Below the pieces are notes generated by a model that was given only the letters and a program-made list of their open reading frames with translations, was not told the origin of the DNA and made no database searches. A stretch of 59,357 nt of DNA from positions 1-59,357 of IMG/VR virus record IMGVR_UViG_3300042486_000337. One strand, written 5' to 3'. A program made the translations under genes and the position numbers. Every line of letters starts with the position of its first letter. Position 1 is the stretch's first letter. The stretch comes from a virus. Taxonomy: Duplodnaviria; Caudoviricetes. Of the stretch, positions 11,134-22,084 are shown piece by piece.

Positions 11134-11523
11134 ATGGAACTAATTGATTGTACTGAAAGATATTGGGAATTTGTGAGAAAATTAAGAACCGACGAAAAAA
11201 ATACTAGTTGGTTTTACACTCAACCGACAATCACATCTGAAGACCAAATAAAATACATGACAAATAATTCTTATAGGTATAAAATCTGTATTCATAATGG
11301 TGTTGAAGTCGGTTACATCGGATTACTTGATAATAATGAAATTACATATTGCGTTGATTCAAATTACAAAAATTTAGGGATTGGTACTTTTATGGTTGCC
11401 GAATTCATGAGAATTTACGATAATTTAATTGCATTTGTTATCCCTCAAAACATTTCAAGTAGTAAAGTTTTTGAAAAACTAGGTTTTGAAAAACATTATT
11501 TTTATAAATACAAAAAAATATGA
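11134..11523 (+). CDS. GNAT N-acetyltransferase
   Basis: YKNLGIG acetyl-CoA motif, NISSSKVFEKLGF; start moved to ATG 11134 to avoid overlap. Confidence 0.8.
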   Translation: MELIDCTERYWEFVRKLRTDEKNTSWFYTQPTITSEDQIKYMTNNSYRYKICIHNGVEVGYIGLLDNNEITYCVDSNYKNLGIGTFMVAEFMRIYDNLIAFVIPQNISSSKVFEKLGFEKHYFYKYKKI

Positions 11524-12167
11524 AGATTCTTATTTTAGTCTTAACTTATTTAGACGATAACATTTATTCCAAATTTTATGAAACCCAAAGAAAAACTTGG
11601 GATTCAATCGATGTTAAAGGAGTTGATACTTTTTATAACATAAATGGAGGAGATAAAAAAGAAATTAAAGGTAATTTAATTATAAACGACTTACCTGAAA
11701 CCGTATCAAATGAGGGGTATAAGATTATTAATTGTTTTAACCAAACATTAGATTGGGATTATGATTACATCTACCATACAAATTCAAGTTCATACGTTGA
11801 TAAAAAATTACTTTATGAGTGGTTATTAGACAAACCAAGAACTAACTTTTATTCAGGTGTTAAAGGTTCATATCAAGGATACCCTTTCTCATCAGGATGT
11901 GGATTCACAATCTCTAAAGATATTGTGAAATTAATTTTAGAACATCAAGACAATTGGTCTCACGGAGATGCCGATGACGCAACTTTAGGTATTTTATTAC
12001 ATGGGTTAGGAATCAATGTTTATGAAGCACCAAGATTCGATGTTATTGATTATGAAGGTGAAATACCAAACAATTTTTTTCATTATAGATGTAAAACAAA
12101 TAACCGTGAATTAGATATTAATAATTTAATAAGAATTCATAATTCAAAACTATCAAATATAATATGA
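11520..12167 (+). CDS. Putative glycosyltransferase (GT31/fringe-like)
   Basis: TNSSSYV, SGCGFTIS, DDATLG. Confidence 0.55.
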   Translation: MKILILVLTYLDDNIYSKFYETQRKTWDSIDVKGVDTFYNINGGDKKEIKGNLIINDLPETVSNEGYKIINCFNQTLDWDYDYIYHTNSSSYVDKKLLYEWLLDKPRTNFYSGVKGSYQGYPFSSGCGFTISKDIVKLILEHQDNWSHGDADDATLGILLHGLGINVYEAPRFDVIDYEGEIPNNFFHYRCKTNNRELDINNLIRIHNSKLSNII

Positions 12168-12544
12168 TACTAATACCTATCAGTGTAGGAGAATTAATTG
12201 ATAAATTATCAATTCTTCATATAAAACAAAATATGATTTCAGATGAAGTTAAGATAATGTTTATTAACAAAGAATTTGAATTATTATATAATTTTTCATC
12301 CGAATACCTTAGTAATGAAGAAATTTCCAAACTTTATCAACAATTAATTGATGTTAATACAACGTTATGGAAAATTGAAGACGAACTAAGGGTAATTGAG
12401 ACTCAAAAAATTTTTGATGATAAATTTATAGAATTGGCAAGATTAGTATATATAACTAACGATATTAGATTTACTATTAAAAATAAAATTAATGAGTTAA
12501 CAAATTCTGAAATAAGAGAACAAAAAGATTACGTAAAATATTAA
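12164..12544 (+). CDS. DUF6165-like protein
   Basis: PISVGELIDKLSIL, LWKIED, FIELARLVYITND.R, EQKDY. Confidence 0.75.
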   Translation: MILIPISVGELIDKLSILHIKQNMISDEVKIMFINKEFELLYNFSSEYLSNEEISKLYQQLIDVNTTLWKIEDELRVIETQKIFDDKFIELARLVYITNDIRFTIKNKINELTNSEIREQKDYVKY

Positions 12545-12546
12545 TT

Positions 12547-13620
12547 ATGAAAAAAATATTAATTCTTGGTGGTGGAGGGTTTATTGGAGGCCACTTAGCC
12601 AAAAAATTAAAAAATGAAGGTAACTGGGTTAGAGTTGTAGATATTAAAAAACATGAATACTTTACTGAAAGTGAGATGTGTGACGAATTTCTAAATTATG
12701 ATTTACGAGACCCAAAGAATGTGGATGCCGTTATTAGGTTAGAAACACAACATGATACAATATTACCATTTTCATACCACAAACAACCATTTTCAAAATT
12801 AACATCATTTGATGAAGTCTATCAATTGGCTGCCGATATGGGTGGAGCCGGTTATATCTTCACAGGAGAACATGATGCGGATGTGATGCACAACTCGGCA
12901 ATGATTAACTTAAATGTTGTGAAGTCATGTGTGGAACATGGAGTTAAAAAAGTATTCTATTCATCATCTGCCTGTATGTATCCGGAACATAATCAATTAG
13001 ACCCGAATAATCCAAATTGTGAAGAATCTTCAGCATATCCCGCAAACCCTGATTCAGAGTATGGTTGGGAGAAGTTATTCTCGGAAAGGTTATTTTTATC
13101 ATTTCATAGGAACTATGGATTAGATGTTAGAATCGCAAGATTTCACAATATCTTTGGTCCAATGGGAACTTGGAGAGGTGGTAAGGAAAAATCTCCAGCG
13201 GCAATGTGTCGAAAAGCAGCTGAAGCTAATGATGGAGACGTAATTGAAGTTTGGGGGGATGGTAAACAAACCCGTTCATTCCTCTACATTGACGATTGTA
13301 TTGAATCCGTATTAAGATTTATGAGACAAGATAATTTTATTGGTCCGGTTAATATAGGTTCCGAAGAAATGGTTGAAATTAATCAATTAGCGAAATTAGC
13401 AATAATTGCTTCGGGAAAAAACATTACAATACAAAATATTGGGGGTGACGAATTTAAAACCAAGTACGGATTTAAATGTCCCGTAGGAGTTCAAGGTAGA
13501 AATTCAGACAATAGATTGTATAAAGAAAAAATGAATTGGGAACCACAAATGTTATTGTCTGAAGGTATGATAAAAACATTTGATTGGATTAAAACCCAAG
13601 TCGATAACAATAAAAATTAA
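12547..13620 (+). CDS. NAD-dependent epimerase, GDP-mannose 3,5-epimerase-like
   Basis: GGGGFIG, LAADMGGAG, SSSACMYP, YGWEK, RFHNIFGP, GRNSDN. Confidence 0.9.
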   Translation: MKKILILGGGGFIGGHLAKKLKNEGNWVRVVDIKKHEYFTESEMCDEFLNYDLRDPKNVDAVIRLETQHDTILPFSYHKQPFSKLTSFDEVYQLAADMGGAGYIFTGEHDADVMHNSAMINLNVVKSCVEHGVKKVFYSSSACMYPEHNQLDPNNPNCEESSAYPANPDSEYGWEKLFSERLFLSFHRNYGLDVRIARFHNIFGPMGTWRGGKEKSPAAMCRKAAEANDGDVIEVWGDGKQTRSFLYIDDCIESVLRFMRQDNFIGPVNIGSEEMVEINQLAKLAIIASGKNITIQNIGGDEFKTKYGFKCPVGVQGRNSDNRLYKEKMNWEPQMLLSEGMIKTFDWIKTQVDNNKN

Positions 13621-13630
13621 AACAATTTAA

Positions 13631-14377
13631 ATGGGTATTCCAAGAACAAAAAAAACAACACCTAACCCTATTACTCAAGAAGGGAATAATAAAACAAGGA
13701 AAGAATTAATTTGTTCAATCCTAAAGAAGAAAACAAAAGAAAAATTCTTAACTGAAACACAAAAAAAATATTACGATACTTTAGTTTCTAGCGAGATTAC
13801 AATATGTTCAGGTCCCGCAGGTGTTGGTAAAAGTTATATTACAATGAAGGCGGCAGTTGATTTACTTTCAGACCCAACAACTCCCTATGAGAAAATAATT
13901 ATAGTGAGACCAGCGGTTGAAGCGGAAGAGAAGTTGGGAAGTTTACCCGGAAATGTTGAAGAAAAATTGGACCCTTATATTTTCCCATCATATTATCTTT
14001 TGAATAAGATTATAGGTAAAGAAAATAGAGAAAAATTAAAAGAAATTGAAGTTATTGAAGTATTCGCCTTGGCATTTATGAGAGGGATGAATATTGACAA
14101 CTCGATTTTAATTTTTGAGGAAGGTCAAAATGCTACTCCAAGTCAAATGAAACTTCTATTGACAAGAATTGGGTTCAATAGTAAATTTTTTATATCGGGT
14201 GATGTTGAACAATCAGATAGATATAAAAATAAAACCCATAGTGGGTTATGGGACGCAATGGAAAAGTTTAGAAATGACAGTAATGTTTCAACATTTGAGT
14301 TCACAAATAAAAATGATATTGTTCGAAATCCACTAATTAGTAAAATATTACAAAAATACGATAACGAAACAGAATGA
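13631..14377 (+). CDS. phoH: PhoH family ATPase
   Basis: GPAGVGKS, RPAVE, LPG, MRG, LTRIG, GDVEQSD, VRNP. Confidence 0.95.
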   Translation: MGIPRTKKTTPNPITQEGNNKTRKELICSILKKKTKEKFLTETQKKYYDTLVSSEITICSGPAGVGKSYITMKAAVDLLSDPTTPYEKIIIVRPAVEAEEKLGSLPGNVEEKLDPYIFPSYYLLNKIIGKENREKLKEIEVIEVFALAFMRGMNIDNSILIFEEGQNATPSQMKLLLTRIGFNSKFFISGDVEQSDRYKNKTHSGLWDAMEKFRNDSNVSTFEFTNKNDIVRNPLISKILQKYDNETE

Positions 14378-14970
14378 GAATTGGGATAGAGTTAAACGGA
14401 GTTTTACGAGACACCTTGAAAAAAATACAACAAGAATATGAAAAGTGGTATTTGGATAATCCTTTCAAAGAAGATGAAGAAAAATCTGAATATGAAGTTC
14501 TGTCAGATTTAACGACATTAGATATTATGAAACATCTTAAATTCAAAGATGAGGATGAATTATATAATTTCTTATACAAAGAACATACTATGGAAATCTT
14601 TGGTCATGCGGGTTCAGTGGAAACATCAAGTATGATGGACTTCAATGATTTTTATTTTGATATGAGGGACAACCATGATGTTTTGATTGTTTCTGATGAA
14701 ATTGGTAAATCAAAACCAGCGTCATTATTTTTCATTTCAAAGTTCGGATGTCTTGTTGAAACAGTTAAATTTTATAGTGAATCGACAATAAATTCAATGT
14801 GGGACTCAATAGATGTTTTACTTACAGCAAACCCTAACTTATTATTAAATTATCCTGAACATAAAGTTGTTATTAAATACGAAACCCAATATAATAAAGA
14901 GATTGAAGTTGAACATTCAATAACAAAAATCAAGGAATTACAAACTAAAATAAAAGAACTATATGATTGA
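14374..14970 (+). CDS. HAD-like 5'(3')-nucleotidase fold protein (degenerate motif I)
   Basis: MRIGIELNGVLRD resembles IGIDxDGVL; C-terminal YN motif. Confidence 0.5.
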   Translation: MRIGIELNGVLRDTLKKIQQEYEKWYLDNPFKEDEEKSEYEVLSDLTTLDIMKHLKFKDEDELYNFLYKEHTMEIFGHAGSVETSSMMDFNDFYFDMRDNHDVLIVSDEIGKSKPASLFFISKFGCLVETVKFYSESTINSMWDSIDVLLTANPNLLLNYPEHKVVIKYETQYNKEIEVEHSITKIKELQTKIKELYD

Positions 14971-15253
14971 AGTATTAGGTGAAAATTACTTTATTGACTT
15001 AGATAAAGTAGAAGAATATTTGAATATGTCAGACGAATATTCTGAAGATGAAGTTTCGGGAAACACCGAAGCAAGAATTAATATCATAAAATTTGAATTG
15101 GTTAAAATGTTGGTTGATACCGTTTTAACTGAACATAATGATATTGATGATAAAATATTGAACTCAAGTTCAAAATCAGGTGCAAATACCAGTATACCAT
15201 TCAGGATTGCATTCAATAGTTTACTAAACAAAAAACTAATAAATCGTTATTAA
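14963..15253 (+). CDS. Hypothetical protein
   Basis: ORF translationally coupled within the operon. Confidence 0.7.
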   Translation: MIEVLGENYFIDLDKVEEYLNMSDEYSEDEVSGNTEARINIIKFELVKMLVDTVLTEHNDIDDKILNSSSKSGANTSIPFRIAFNSLLNKKLINRY

Positions 15254-15256
15254 TAT

Positions 15257-16309
15257 ATGGATACATCAATAAATGAAAAAGTAAAAAAATCGATAGAACT
15301 ATTAAGAAATAAACAATCAAGAATTTATTTCTTAGTTCAAGATACTAAAGGAAACGCAAGAGCTTCAGTTAGGTTAATATATCAAATGGCCAAATCTTTA
15401 TTAGATGAAGGTTTCAATCCGATAATTCTTCACGAAAAGAATGAGTATGCCGGTGTTGTCGCTTGGTTAGATGAGGAATATATGTCAATACCTCACAAAT
15501 CAATCGAAGGACAGAATTTAGAAATTGCACCTGAGGATTTCATCGTAGTACCTGAAATTTTTGGATTTGTTATGGAACAGATTAAAAATTTACCTTGTGG
15601 TAAAATTGTTTTAACCCAAAATTATAATCATATTGTTGAAACTTTACAACCGGGTCAAAATTGGTCTCAATATGGTTTTTTAAAATGTTTGACAACAACA
15701 ACAAAACAACAAGAGTATGTTGAAACTGTTATGAGACAATCTACTTTTGATATCATTAAACCATTAATTACTGATAATTTTTATCCAAAATCTACACCAC
15801 CAATGCCGATTATCGGTGTTCATACGAAAGACCAATCGGATACAATTAATATTATTAAAACATTTTATCTTAAATTCCCACAATATAGATGGTTTACTTT
15901 TAGAGATTTGAGAGGACTTTCAGAAAAAGAGTTTGGTAATTCACTAAGAGAATGTTTTATGAGTGTTTGGATTGACGATGAAAGTGGATTTGGAACATTC
16001 CCGTTAGAGTCTATGGCGTCAGGAGTACCAGTGATTGGTAAAGTTCCTAACATTCAACCTGAATGGATGAATGAAGATAATGGAGTGTGGATGACTAATA
16101 AACCAATGATGTGTGATTATATAGCCGATTTTATACAAAATTGGTTAGAGGATAATATTAAACCTGAACTTTACGATAATATGAAGAAAACGGTTGAATC
16201 TTATACCAATAAACAAGAATTTGACTCGAATGTTGTTTCATTATTTGAAGGTTATTTAAATACGAGAGCAGATTCATTTGAACAACAAATAACTAAAACT
16301 GAAGAATAA
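15257..16309 (+). CDS. Glycosyltransferase, GT-B fold
   Basis: SGFGTFPLESMASGVPVIG. Confidence 0.8.
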   Translation: MDTSINEKVKKSIELLRNKQSRIYFLVQDTKGNARASVRLIYQMAKSLLDEGFNPIILHEKNEYAGVVAWLDEEYMSIPHKSIEGQNLEIAPEDFIVVPEIFGFVMEQIKNLPCGKIVLTQNYNHIVETLQPGQNWSQYGFLKCLTTTTKQQEYVETVMRQSTFDIIKPLITDNFYPKSTPPMPIIGVHTKDQSDTINIIKTFYLKFPQYRWFTFRDLRGLSEKEFGNSLRECFMSVWIDDESGFGTFPLESMASGVPVIGKVPNIQPEWMNEDNGVWMTNKPMMCDYIADFIQNWLEDNIKPELYDNMKKTVESYTNKQEFDSNVVSLFEGYLNTRADSFEQQITKTEE

Positions 16310-16310
16310 T

Positions 16311-17117
16311 ATGGAAAATAAATTATCATTATCAATAATCCTCCCAATAAAATCATCTAAAACTAGAGACTTTGAAGACTATTTTGAAAAGGCTATAACT
16401 TCAATTAAAAATCAAACTGTTGATATTGAAGAACTTGTTATCGTTCACTCAAATGAAGAATCGTTAATTGAACATTTGAATAGTTATGATTTTGGAAATT
16501 TAACTGTAAATAAATTGTTGTGGGATAAAGAACCTAGTTATGCTGAACAAGTTAATTATGGTGTTAAAAACGCTAAAGGAGAATGGATTTCTCTTTTTGA
16601 ATTTGACGATGAATATTCGTCAATTTGGTTTAAAAATGTTAAAAATTATATCGAATCGTTCCCTAATACTAAAATATTTTTACCTGTTGTGGTAGAAACC
16701 GACGAAAAAGGTGTATTTGCAGGATTCACTAATGAAGCAACATTTGCGGCTAATTTCAGTCAAGAAATGGGTGTTTTAACGAATGAAACTCTTCAAGACT
16801 ATCAAAATTTTCAAACCGCAGGTGCTGTAATTAAAAAACAAGTAATTGAGGATTTTGGAGGGTTTAAGTCTTCAATTAAATTAACATTTGTTTATGAATT
16901 TTTATTAAGATTAACATATAATTCAGTTTCAATAATGACAATCCCTAAACTTGGATACAAACACACAAATATGAGAGAAGGGTCAATATTTTGGAATTAT
17001 AAGTTTGGCGAAAATAAAATGTTAGAAGACGAAGTTAAATTTTGGGTCCAAACGGCAAAAAAAGAATATTTCTTTATTGATGATAGAGACATAAAATATC
17101 AAGCAAGTAATGAATAA
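16311..17117 (+). CDS. Glycosyltransferase family 2
   Basis: SIILPI, NYGV, EFDD. Confidence 0.75.
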   Translation: MENKLSLSIILPIKSSKTRDFEDYFEKAITSIKNQTVDIEELVIVHSNEESLIEHLNSYDFGNLTVNKLLWDKEPSYAEQVNYGVKNAKGEWISLFEFDDEYSSIWFKNVKNYIESFPNTKIFLPVVVETDEKGVFAGFTNEATFAANFSQEMGVLTNETLQDYQNFQTAGAVIKKQVIEDFGGFKSSIKLTFVYEFLLRLTYNSVSIMTIPKLGYKHTNMREGSIFWNYKFGENKMLEDEVKFWVQTAKKEYFFIDDRDIKYQASNE

Positions 17118-17866
17118 TGCAAGAACCCTTATCAGCAATTACAGAAGATGTCTCAACAAAAAAAAGAGGTCGGAAAACCGTTAATATAAATTATTTTGAT
17201 GTTAGGGAGGAAGATGCCGTTAAAGAGTTTTTATTGGCAAAAACATCCGAAGAAAAAAATAGAATTTATAACGAATTTTTAAGAGCTCCTTTGGATAAGA
17301 TGATATCTTCAATTATTAGGCGATATAAGTTGTATCGTAAAGATATGGATTTTACAGAAATCCATTGCGATACTCATTCATTTTTAATGACCAAGGTTGA
17401 TAAATTTAAACCTTCAAAAGAGAAAAAAGCATATTCCTACTTCGGGACTATATGTAAAAATTACTTAATGGGTCAAATAATAAAAGACCAGAAGGAAATT
17501 AATCGAAAAATTTCTTATGAAGATGTATCGGAAAGTATTGAAGAAAGACCGGATATGTCATATAGAATTGATGAAGAAGTTGTTGATACAACCATGATTA
17601 TTGGGGAGTACTTGAAAGAATTAAAAGAATTTATAGATAGTGAAAATCTAAATGATAGTGAGAAGAAATTAGGTTATGCGTTAATAGATGTCTTTGATAA
17701 TTATGAAACAATTTTCTCAAGCTCGGATAACAATAAATTCAATAAAAATATTATATTACTCTCATTAAGAGATATGACAAATCTTTCAACTAAAGAAATA
17801 CGGAACTCAATGAAAAGATTTAAAAAATTATACATTGTCATTCAAAACAAAATGAAAATAGATTAA
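17117..17866 (+). CDS. Putative phage sigma factor (gp55-like late sigma)
   Basis: KFKP...KAYSYFGTICKNYL resembles sigma region 2 of T4 gp55-like factors. Confidence 0.55.
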   Translation: MQEPLSAITEDVSTKKRGRKTVNINYFDVREEDAVKEFLLAKTSEEKNRIYNEFLRAPLDKMISSIIRRYKLYRKDMDFTEIHCDTHSFLMTKVDKFKPSKEKKAYSYFGTICKNYLMGQIIKDQKEINRKISYEDVSESIEERPDMSYRIDEEVVDTTMIIGEYLKELKEFIDSENLNDSEKKLGYALIDVFDNYETIFSSSDNNKFNKNIILLSLRDMTNLSTKEIRNSMKRFKKLYIVIQNKMKID

Positions 17867-17882
17867 AGAGTATTTATAGATT

Positions 17883-18251
17883 ATGCCAAGACCACAAAGA
17901 AAAGAAATTAATTTTACTAAAGATTCAATATTATCATTGATGCAGGAAATCTATAATGAACTAGTTGAACAAAGACAAACTGCAATAAGAATTCAAAATA
18001 AAATGTTATTGATGTTAAAAGACTCATCTGACATGACTAAAATTGGACCGGTTATTGAGAAACAACAAAAAATCGTAAATGATTGTGTTGAAAAAAAAAT
18101 TAGTTTATCCAAACTACAATCAAGTATTTGGGAAAAAACAAATAATAACAATGAAGAATCTTTTTCTCTTGCTGATTTAGATGATGACCTTATTCAAAAT
18201 TTAATTGAAAAGGATATCACAAATGATGAAGAGACTTATAAAATGAAATAA
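17883..18251 (+). CDS. Hypothetical protein
   Basis: ORF preceded by TATTTATA motif. Confidence 0.7.
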   Translation: MPRPQRKEINFTKDSILSLMQEIYNELVEQRQTAIRIQNKMLLMLKDSSDMTKIGPVIEKQQKIVNDCVEKKISLSKLQSSIWEKTNNNNEESFSLADLDDDLIQNLIEKDITNDEETYKMK

Positions 18252-18256
18252 CTTTA

Positions 18257-20308
18257 ATGGCGGATTTATCTAATAGTTTTGACAGTGCAAAAAGTCAAAT
18301 AAGTTCTCTTAAGACTTATATTGAGACTTCAAATGCCGTAAAACAATTAAAAAAATCGGCAGGTAATTCTTTGACTCAATCTAAAGATGAATTGAACTCC
18401 TCTTTAGAGAGTATAACCAAAAACCAAAAAAGATATTTAAGAAATCAACCTACGTCATCAGACCAACTTTTAGAGTTGATTAATCTTACTAAAGGTAGTG
18501 GATTTGACACAGGGAAATATTTAAGGACCAAACTTTTAGAAGTTGCGGTAAAAATTGAACCAGAAATTGTAAAAATAATAAGTGAGTCGGCGGCTAAAGC
18601 GTTAGGATGTTCTCAAGAACAAACATTTAGGGGGTTTAATAAAATTGATTTAGAGTTAAATCCTTTACCTACTTTACCCGAAGGTACAGGTATATATGTA
18701 CCAATTCAATCTTTAGACTTAGCATCATTATTAAAAACACCTCTTGATAGTAAATTAGGTAAAATATCGTTTGAAAAAGATGTTCCTGAGGTTAACAATG
18801 GGATATACAAACCATATTTTGGACCAAAACCTTTTCCAATGAACAAAGAGTTAAAGGAAAGGTTAAATACAACAACTCAATCGTTCCAACAACAATATGG
18901 TAAATTTTATCAAGGTACTTCAGGACGACCTTTGTTTGATTTTGTTTATTCAGAAACTAATCAATTTAATGTTAAACAACCTTCTTATAGAGTTGCGTTA
19001 ATTAACGATGATATTAGTCCTAATAATGTTTTTAAATTTTTAAATGATTATTATTCCACCATAAAATTAATCGATAGTGTAAATATTACAGAAACTTTAA
19101 TAAATATTATTTCTGGTGCGATTAGTATACAGGCAGGTCAGAGTGCAGGACAAATAGGTGAAAATTCAAAATTTTTATTAATCCTTCAAAGAATATTAGG
19201 ACTTTGTTTTGATAGTAGGTCAGAAATTGATGTGAGTGGTGTTGCAAAAATTGCGGAATTAGATGGTGTTGATAACTCATTCTTTGAACTTACAGAAGTA
19301 GATTTAAGGAATATTGATGTAAGGATTAGTAACATTCAAAATGGTGTTATGGAGTTTGAAGATTGTGAAAATGTAAAATTACCTGTTGATTCTGAAACTT
19401 TAATTGATGAGTTAATTAAGTTTAGAAATACTCTTAGTGGTCAAACAACTGAACAACAAGTTAACAGTATTAATAATATTTTAGATACGTTATATCAGAA
19501 CCCTGAATGGAATAATGTATTACCATCAAATTTTAATGTTGAATTGGCTGTTAACCAAAACTTTCTAAAACAAATACCTTTAGCGGTTGCATCCGCAGTT
19601 TTAACGCCAAAAGTTTTATTTCCAATTTTTATTTTGATTCAAGTTGTTGAAAGTCAAGCAATCAATAACTATAACACCGCAGTTACAAATACGAATCCAA
19701 TTATACAATCGGGTAATACCGCGACCGGAGGTGTGAATAATACGGTGAACAATTCTGTTGATTTTTTAAAAGTTTTCAAAAGTTTTAATATAGAAGCGGT
19801 TTCAAGGATAGGGGCAGTCTTTTTAAGTGTGTTATTTGAAGAATTAAAACGAGACATAATAAATCTTTTATCTTCAATAATTTCGGAAGTCGTTATAAAT
19901 CAAAAATTAAAAAAATATCGAATAATATTAAGATTGATTAATATTTTAGCGATAATCAGTCAATTCGTTAGTGATTATCGTAAATGTAAATCATTAATTG
20001 ATAACATATTACAACTATTGAGGTTAATTTTTGGTAGGCCGGACGGGTCAGTACCATTACCATTACTTGTCTTATCCCAATATTTACCAGGTTATGACCC
20101 TGATAGAGCAACAATTAACACAATAGAGTTATTGCAGTCAGTCGGAGTTCCTACAGGACCATTACCTGATGGGTCACCAAATTTAATGACAATATATAAC
20201 TTAATGAGTAATCGAGGGGCTGATGAAGAAGAGACCGATAATGGTAAAACAGAAGGTGCCGTAATAACTCCAGCGGGTATTCTACCCGTTTTTAGTAAAA
20301 AAAGATAA
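18257..20308 (+). CDS. Hypothetical protein, probably virion structural
   Basis: 683-aa ORF upstream of a gp5-like gene. Confidence 0.6.
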   Translation: MADLSNSFDSAKSQISSLKTYIETSNAVKQLKKSAGNSLTQSKDELNSSLESITKNQKRYLRNQPTSSDQLLELINLTKGSGFDTGKYLRTKLLEVAVKIEPEIVKIISESAAKALGCSQEQTFRGFNKIDLELNPLPTLPEGTGIYVPIQSLDLASLLKTPLDSKLGKISFEKDVPEVNNGIYKPYFGPKPFPMNKELKERLNTTTQSFQQQYGKFYQGTSGRPLFDFVYSETNQFNVKQPSYRVALINDDISPNNVFKFLNDYYSTIKLIDSVNITETLINIISGAISIQAGQSAGQIGENSKFLLILQRILGLCFDSRSEIDVSGVAKIAELDGVDNSFFELTEVDLRNIDVRISNIQNGVMEFEDCENVKLPVDSETLIDELIKFRNTLSGQTTEQQVNSINNILDTLYQNPEWNNVLPSNFNVELAVNQNFLKQIPLAVASAVLTPKVLFPIFILIQVVESQAINNYNTAVTNTNPIIQSGNTATGGVNNTVNNSVDFLKVFKSFNIEAVSRIGAVFLSVLFEELKRDIINLLSSIISEVVINQKLKKYRIILRLINILAIISQFVSDYRKCKSLIDNILQLLRLIFGRPDGSVPLPLLVLSQYLPGYDPDRATINTIELLQSVGVPTGPLPDGSPNLMTIYNLMSNRGADEEETDNGKTEGAVITPAGILPVFSKKR

Positions 20309-20309
20309 T

Positions 20310-20519
20310 ATGACTAATGAAAATTTTGAAAAGATTTTAGAAGAATTAACTAACATAAAAAATCAACCAAATAGTAAATTGGTTGAAATTATGGATGTTT
20401 TATCATCTGAATTTGATATCACAAAAACAAATATAATTAATATGACAGTTTATTTAGATAAACTTGAGGAGTTATATAATAAAACATTATCAGAATACGA
20501 ATTAAGAAACAATGGTTGA
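20310..20519 (+). CDS. Hypothetical protein
   Basis: Coupled small ORF. Confidence 0.65.
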   Translation: MTNENFEKILEELTNIKNQPNSKLVEIMDVLSSEFDITKTNIINMTVYLDKLEELYNKTLSEYELRNNG

Positions 20520-22065
20520 TAATACAATACTTTTTCAGGCGGTTGTTCTTGACAATGAAGACCCTATGATGTTAGGTCGAGTTAGAGCAAGATTTTTAAA
20601 CCCTTCAACGGAAACGGGAAGTTATGAAGATATTCTTGCGTCAATTCAAAACCCAATATGGAATGAAGAGAGAGATAAATGGACGGCGAGAGACCCTTTT
20701 ATTTTTACCCCATTATTACCTTATTTCATATATCAAGTTCCAAAAGTTAATGAATTTATTCAATTAATTTACTTAAATAAGGATTTTAAGTTTCAGAACC
20801 AATATTACATACAAACTAACTTTTCAACACCTACCGCAACAAGATTTGAATATTTCCAAGGTGGAAACAAATTTACAGGATTAGGGACTCAATTTATGTC
20901 TCCAAAACCGTTAAAAAATCAAGATGGTACATATACCGATTCTGCGATACATAAAGGAGTGTTTCCAGAACCCGGTGATAATTCATTACTAGGTAGAGGT
21001 AGTTCGGATGTTGTTGTAAAACAAGATGAGGTATTAATTAGGTCCGGTAAATTTAAAGGCCCGACTTTAGAACCTAATGTTGTTCCATCGGCAAACTCAA
21101 GACGAGGTTTTTTACAGTTATCTCGTTTTAATTCATCAAAAGTCAAAACACCCGATAAGATTATCACCGAATTTAATGAACAGGTGGTTTTAATTAATTA
21201 TTTGATTGAATGGACTATCACAAACCCTGAAAATACTCAAAATAAATTTGCGGGGTCAGTATATCTTTATAAATTAAAAAACGACATTTCAACAAATTCC
21301 AAAAATTTGACGATTGGTTCTGTAGTTAATGAAAACTTAAAATCTCTCATTGCCACCGAAAGTTTTAATTTATTATCCAAAGAAGATGTGGTATTATTTA
21401 TTAATAATTTTATTAGAACGTGTAATAATACCAACAAAACCAAAACAGGTATTGTATTATTTACAGATTCTAATACTAAATTCCCAATTTTTTATAGACC
21501 AAATAATTTAACGTACAATATCTTAAAATCTTCAATCCCAACAACAGGAACGACACTTCAATCTACCACCACATATAAAAATGTATCGGACATTTATAAC
21601 CAAATTAAATTAAGTCCCACACTTAAACAAGGTGGATATGGTTTAATTTACGCACAAGATAAAGTAGGAACACCATTTGACTTAAAATCTACAAAGGTTC
21701 CCCAATCATCCTATTTGAAAGAAGATTCTACTTATGGTGCGTTAGGTAGTGATTATTTGTTTTTGTTATCCCATAATTCACAAATACCGGGTAAAGGAAA
21801 AATTAATTTTGACGATACTTTATATGGGATTAGTTTAGATAAATTTGTTGATGAGATACTTCCAAAAACATCAAGTTTAGTGAGAGGTGAAGAACTTTTA
21901 GATTTAATTAATTTGATAGTGAGGTTTCTTTTAAGTCATACTCATGCGTACCCTGGGTTGGCACCAGTGTCAATAACACAAGATGGTTCAAATGTTCAAG
22001 ACATACTTACTGAACTACAAAACGCCTCAACAAAAATTCTTAATCGCAATATTCGACTTAATTGA
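20512..22065 (+). CDS. Baseplate hub/spike-like protein (gp5/VgrG OB-fold N-terminus)
   Basis: VLDNEDPMMLGRVRAR, PKVNE; C-terminal RGEEL...HTH. Confidence 0.6.
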   Translation: MVDNTILFQAVVLDNEDPMMLGRVRARFLNPSTETGSYEDILASIQNPIWNEERDKWTARDPFIFTPLLPYFIYQVPKVNEFIQLIYLNKDFKFQNQYYIQTNFSTPTATRFEYFQGGNKFTGLGTQFMSPKPLKNQDGTYTDSAIHKGVFPEPGDNSLLGRGSSDVVVKQDEVLIRSGKFKGPTLEPNVVPSANSRRGFLQLSRFNSSKVKTPDKIITEFNEQVVLINYLIEWTITNPENTQNKFAGSVYLYKLKNDISTNSKNLTIGSVVNENLKSLIATESFNLLSKEDVVLFINNFIRTCNNTNKTKTGIVLFTDSNTKFPIFYRPNNLTYNILKSSIPTTGTTLQSTTTYKNVSDIYNQIKLSPTLKQGGYGLIYAQDKVGTPFDLKSTKVPQSSYLKEDSTYGALGSDYLFLLSHNSQIPGKGKINFDDTLYGISLDKFVDEILPKTSSLVRGEELLDLINLIVRFLLSHTHAYPGLAPVSITQDGSNVQDILTELQNASTKILNRNIRLN

Positions 22066-22084
22066 TATTTATAAATAAAAATTA

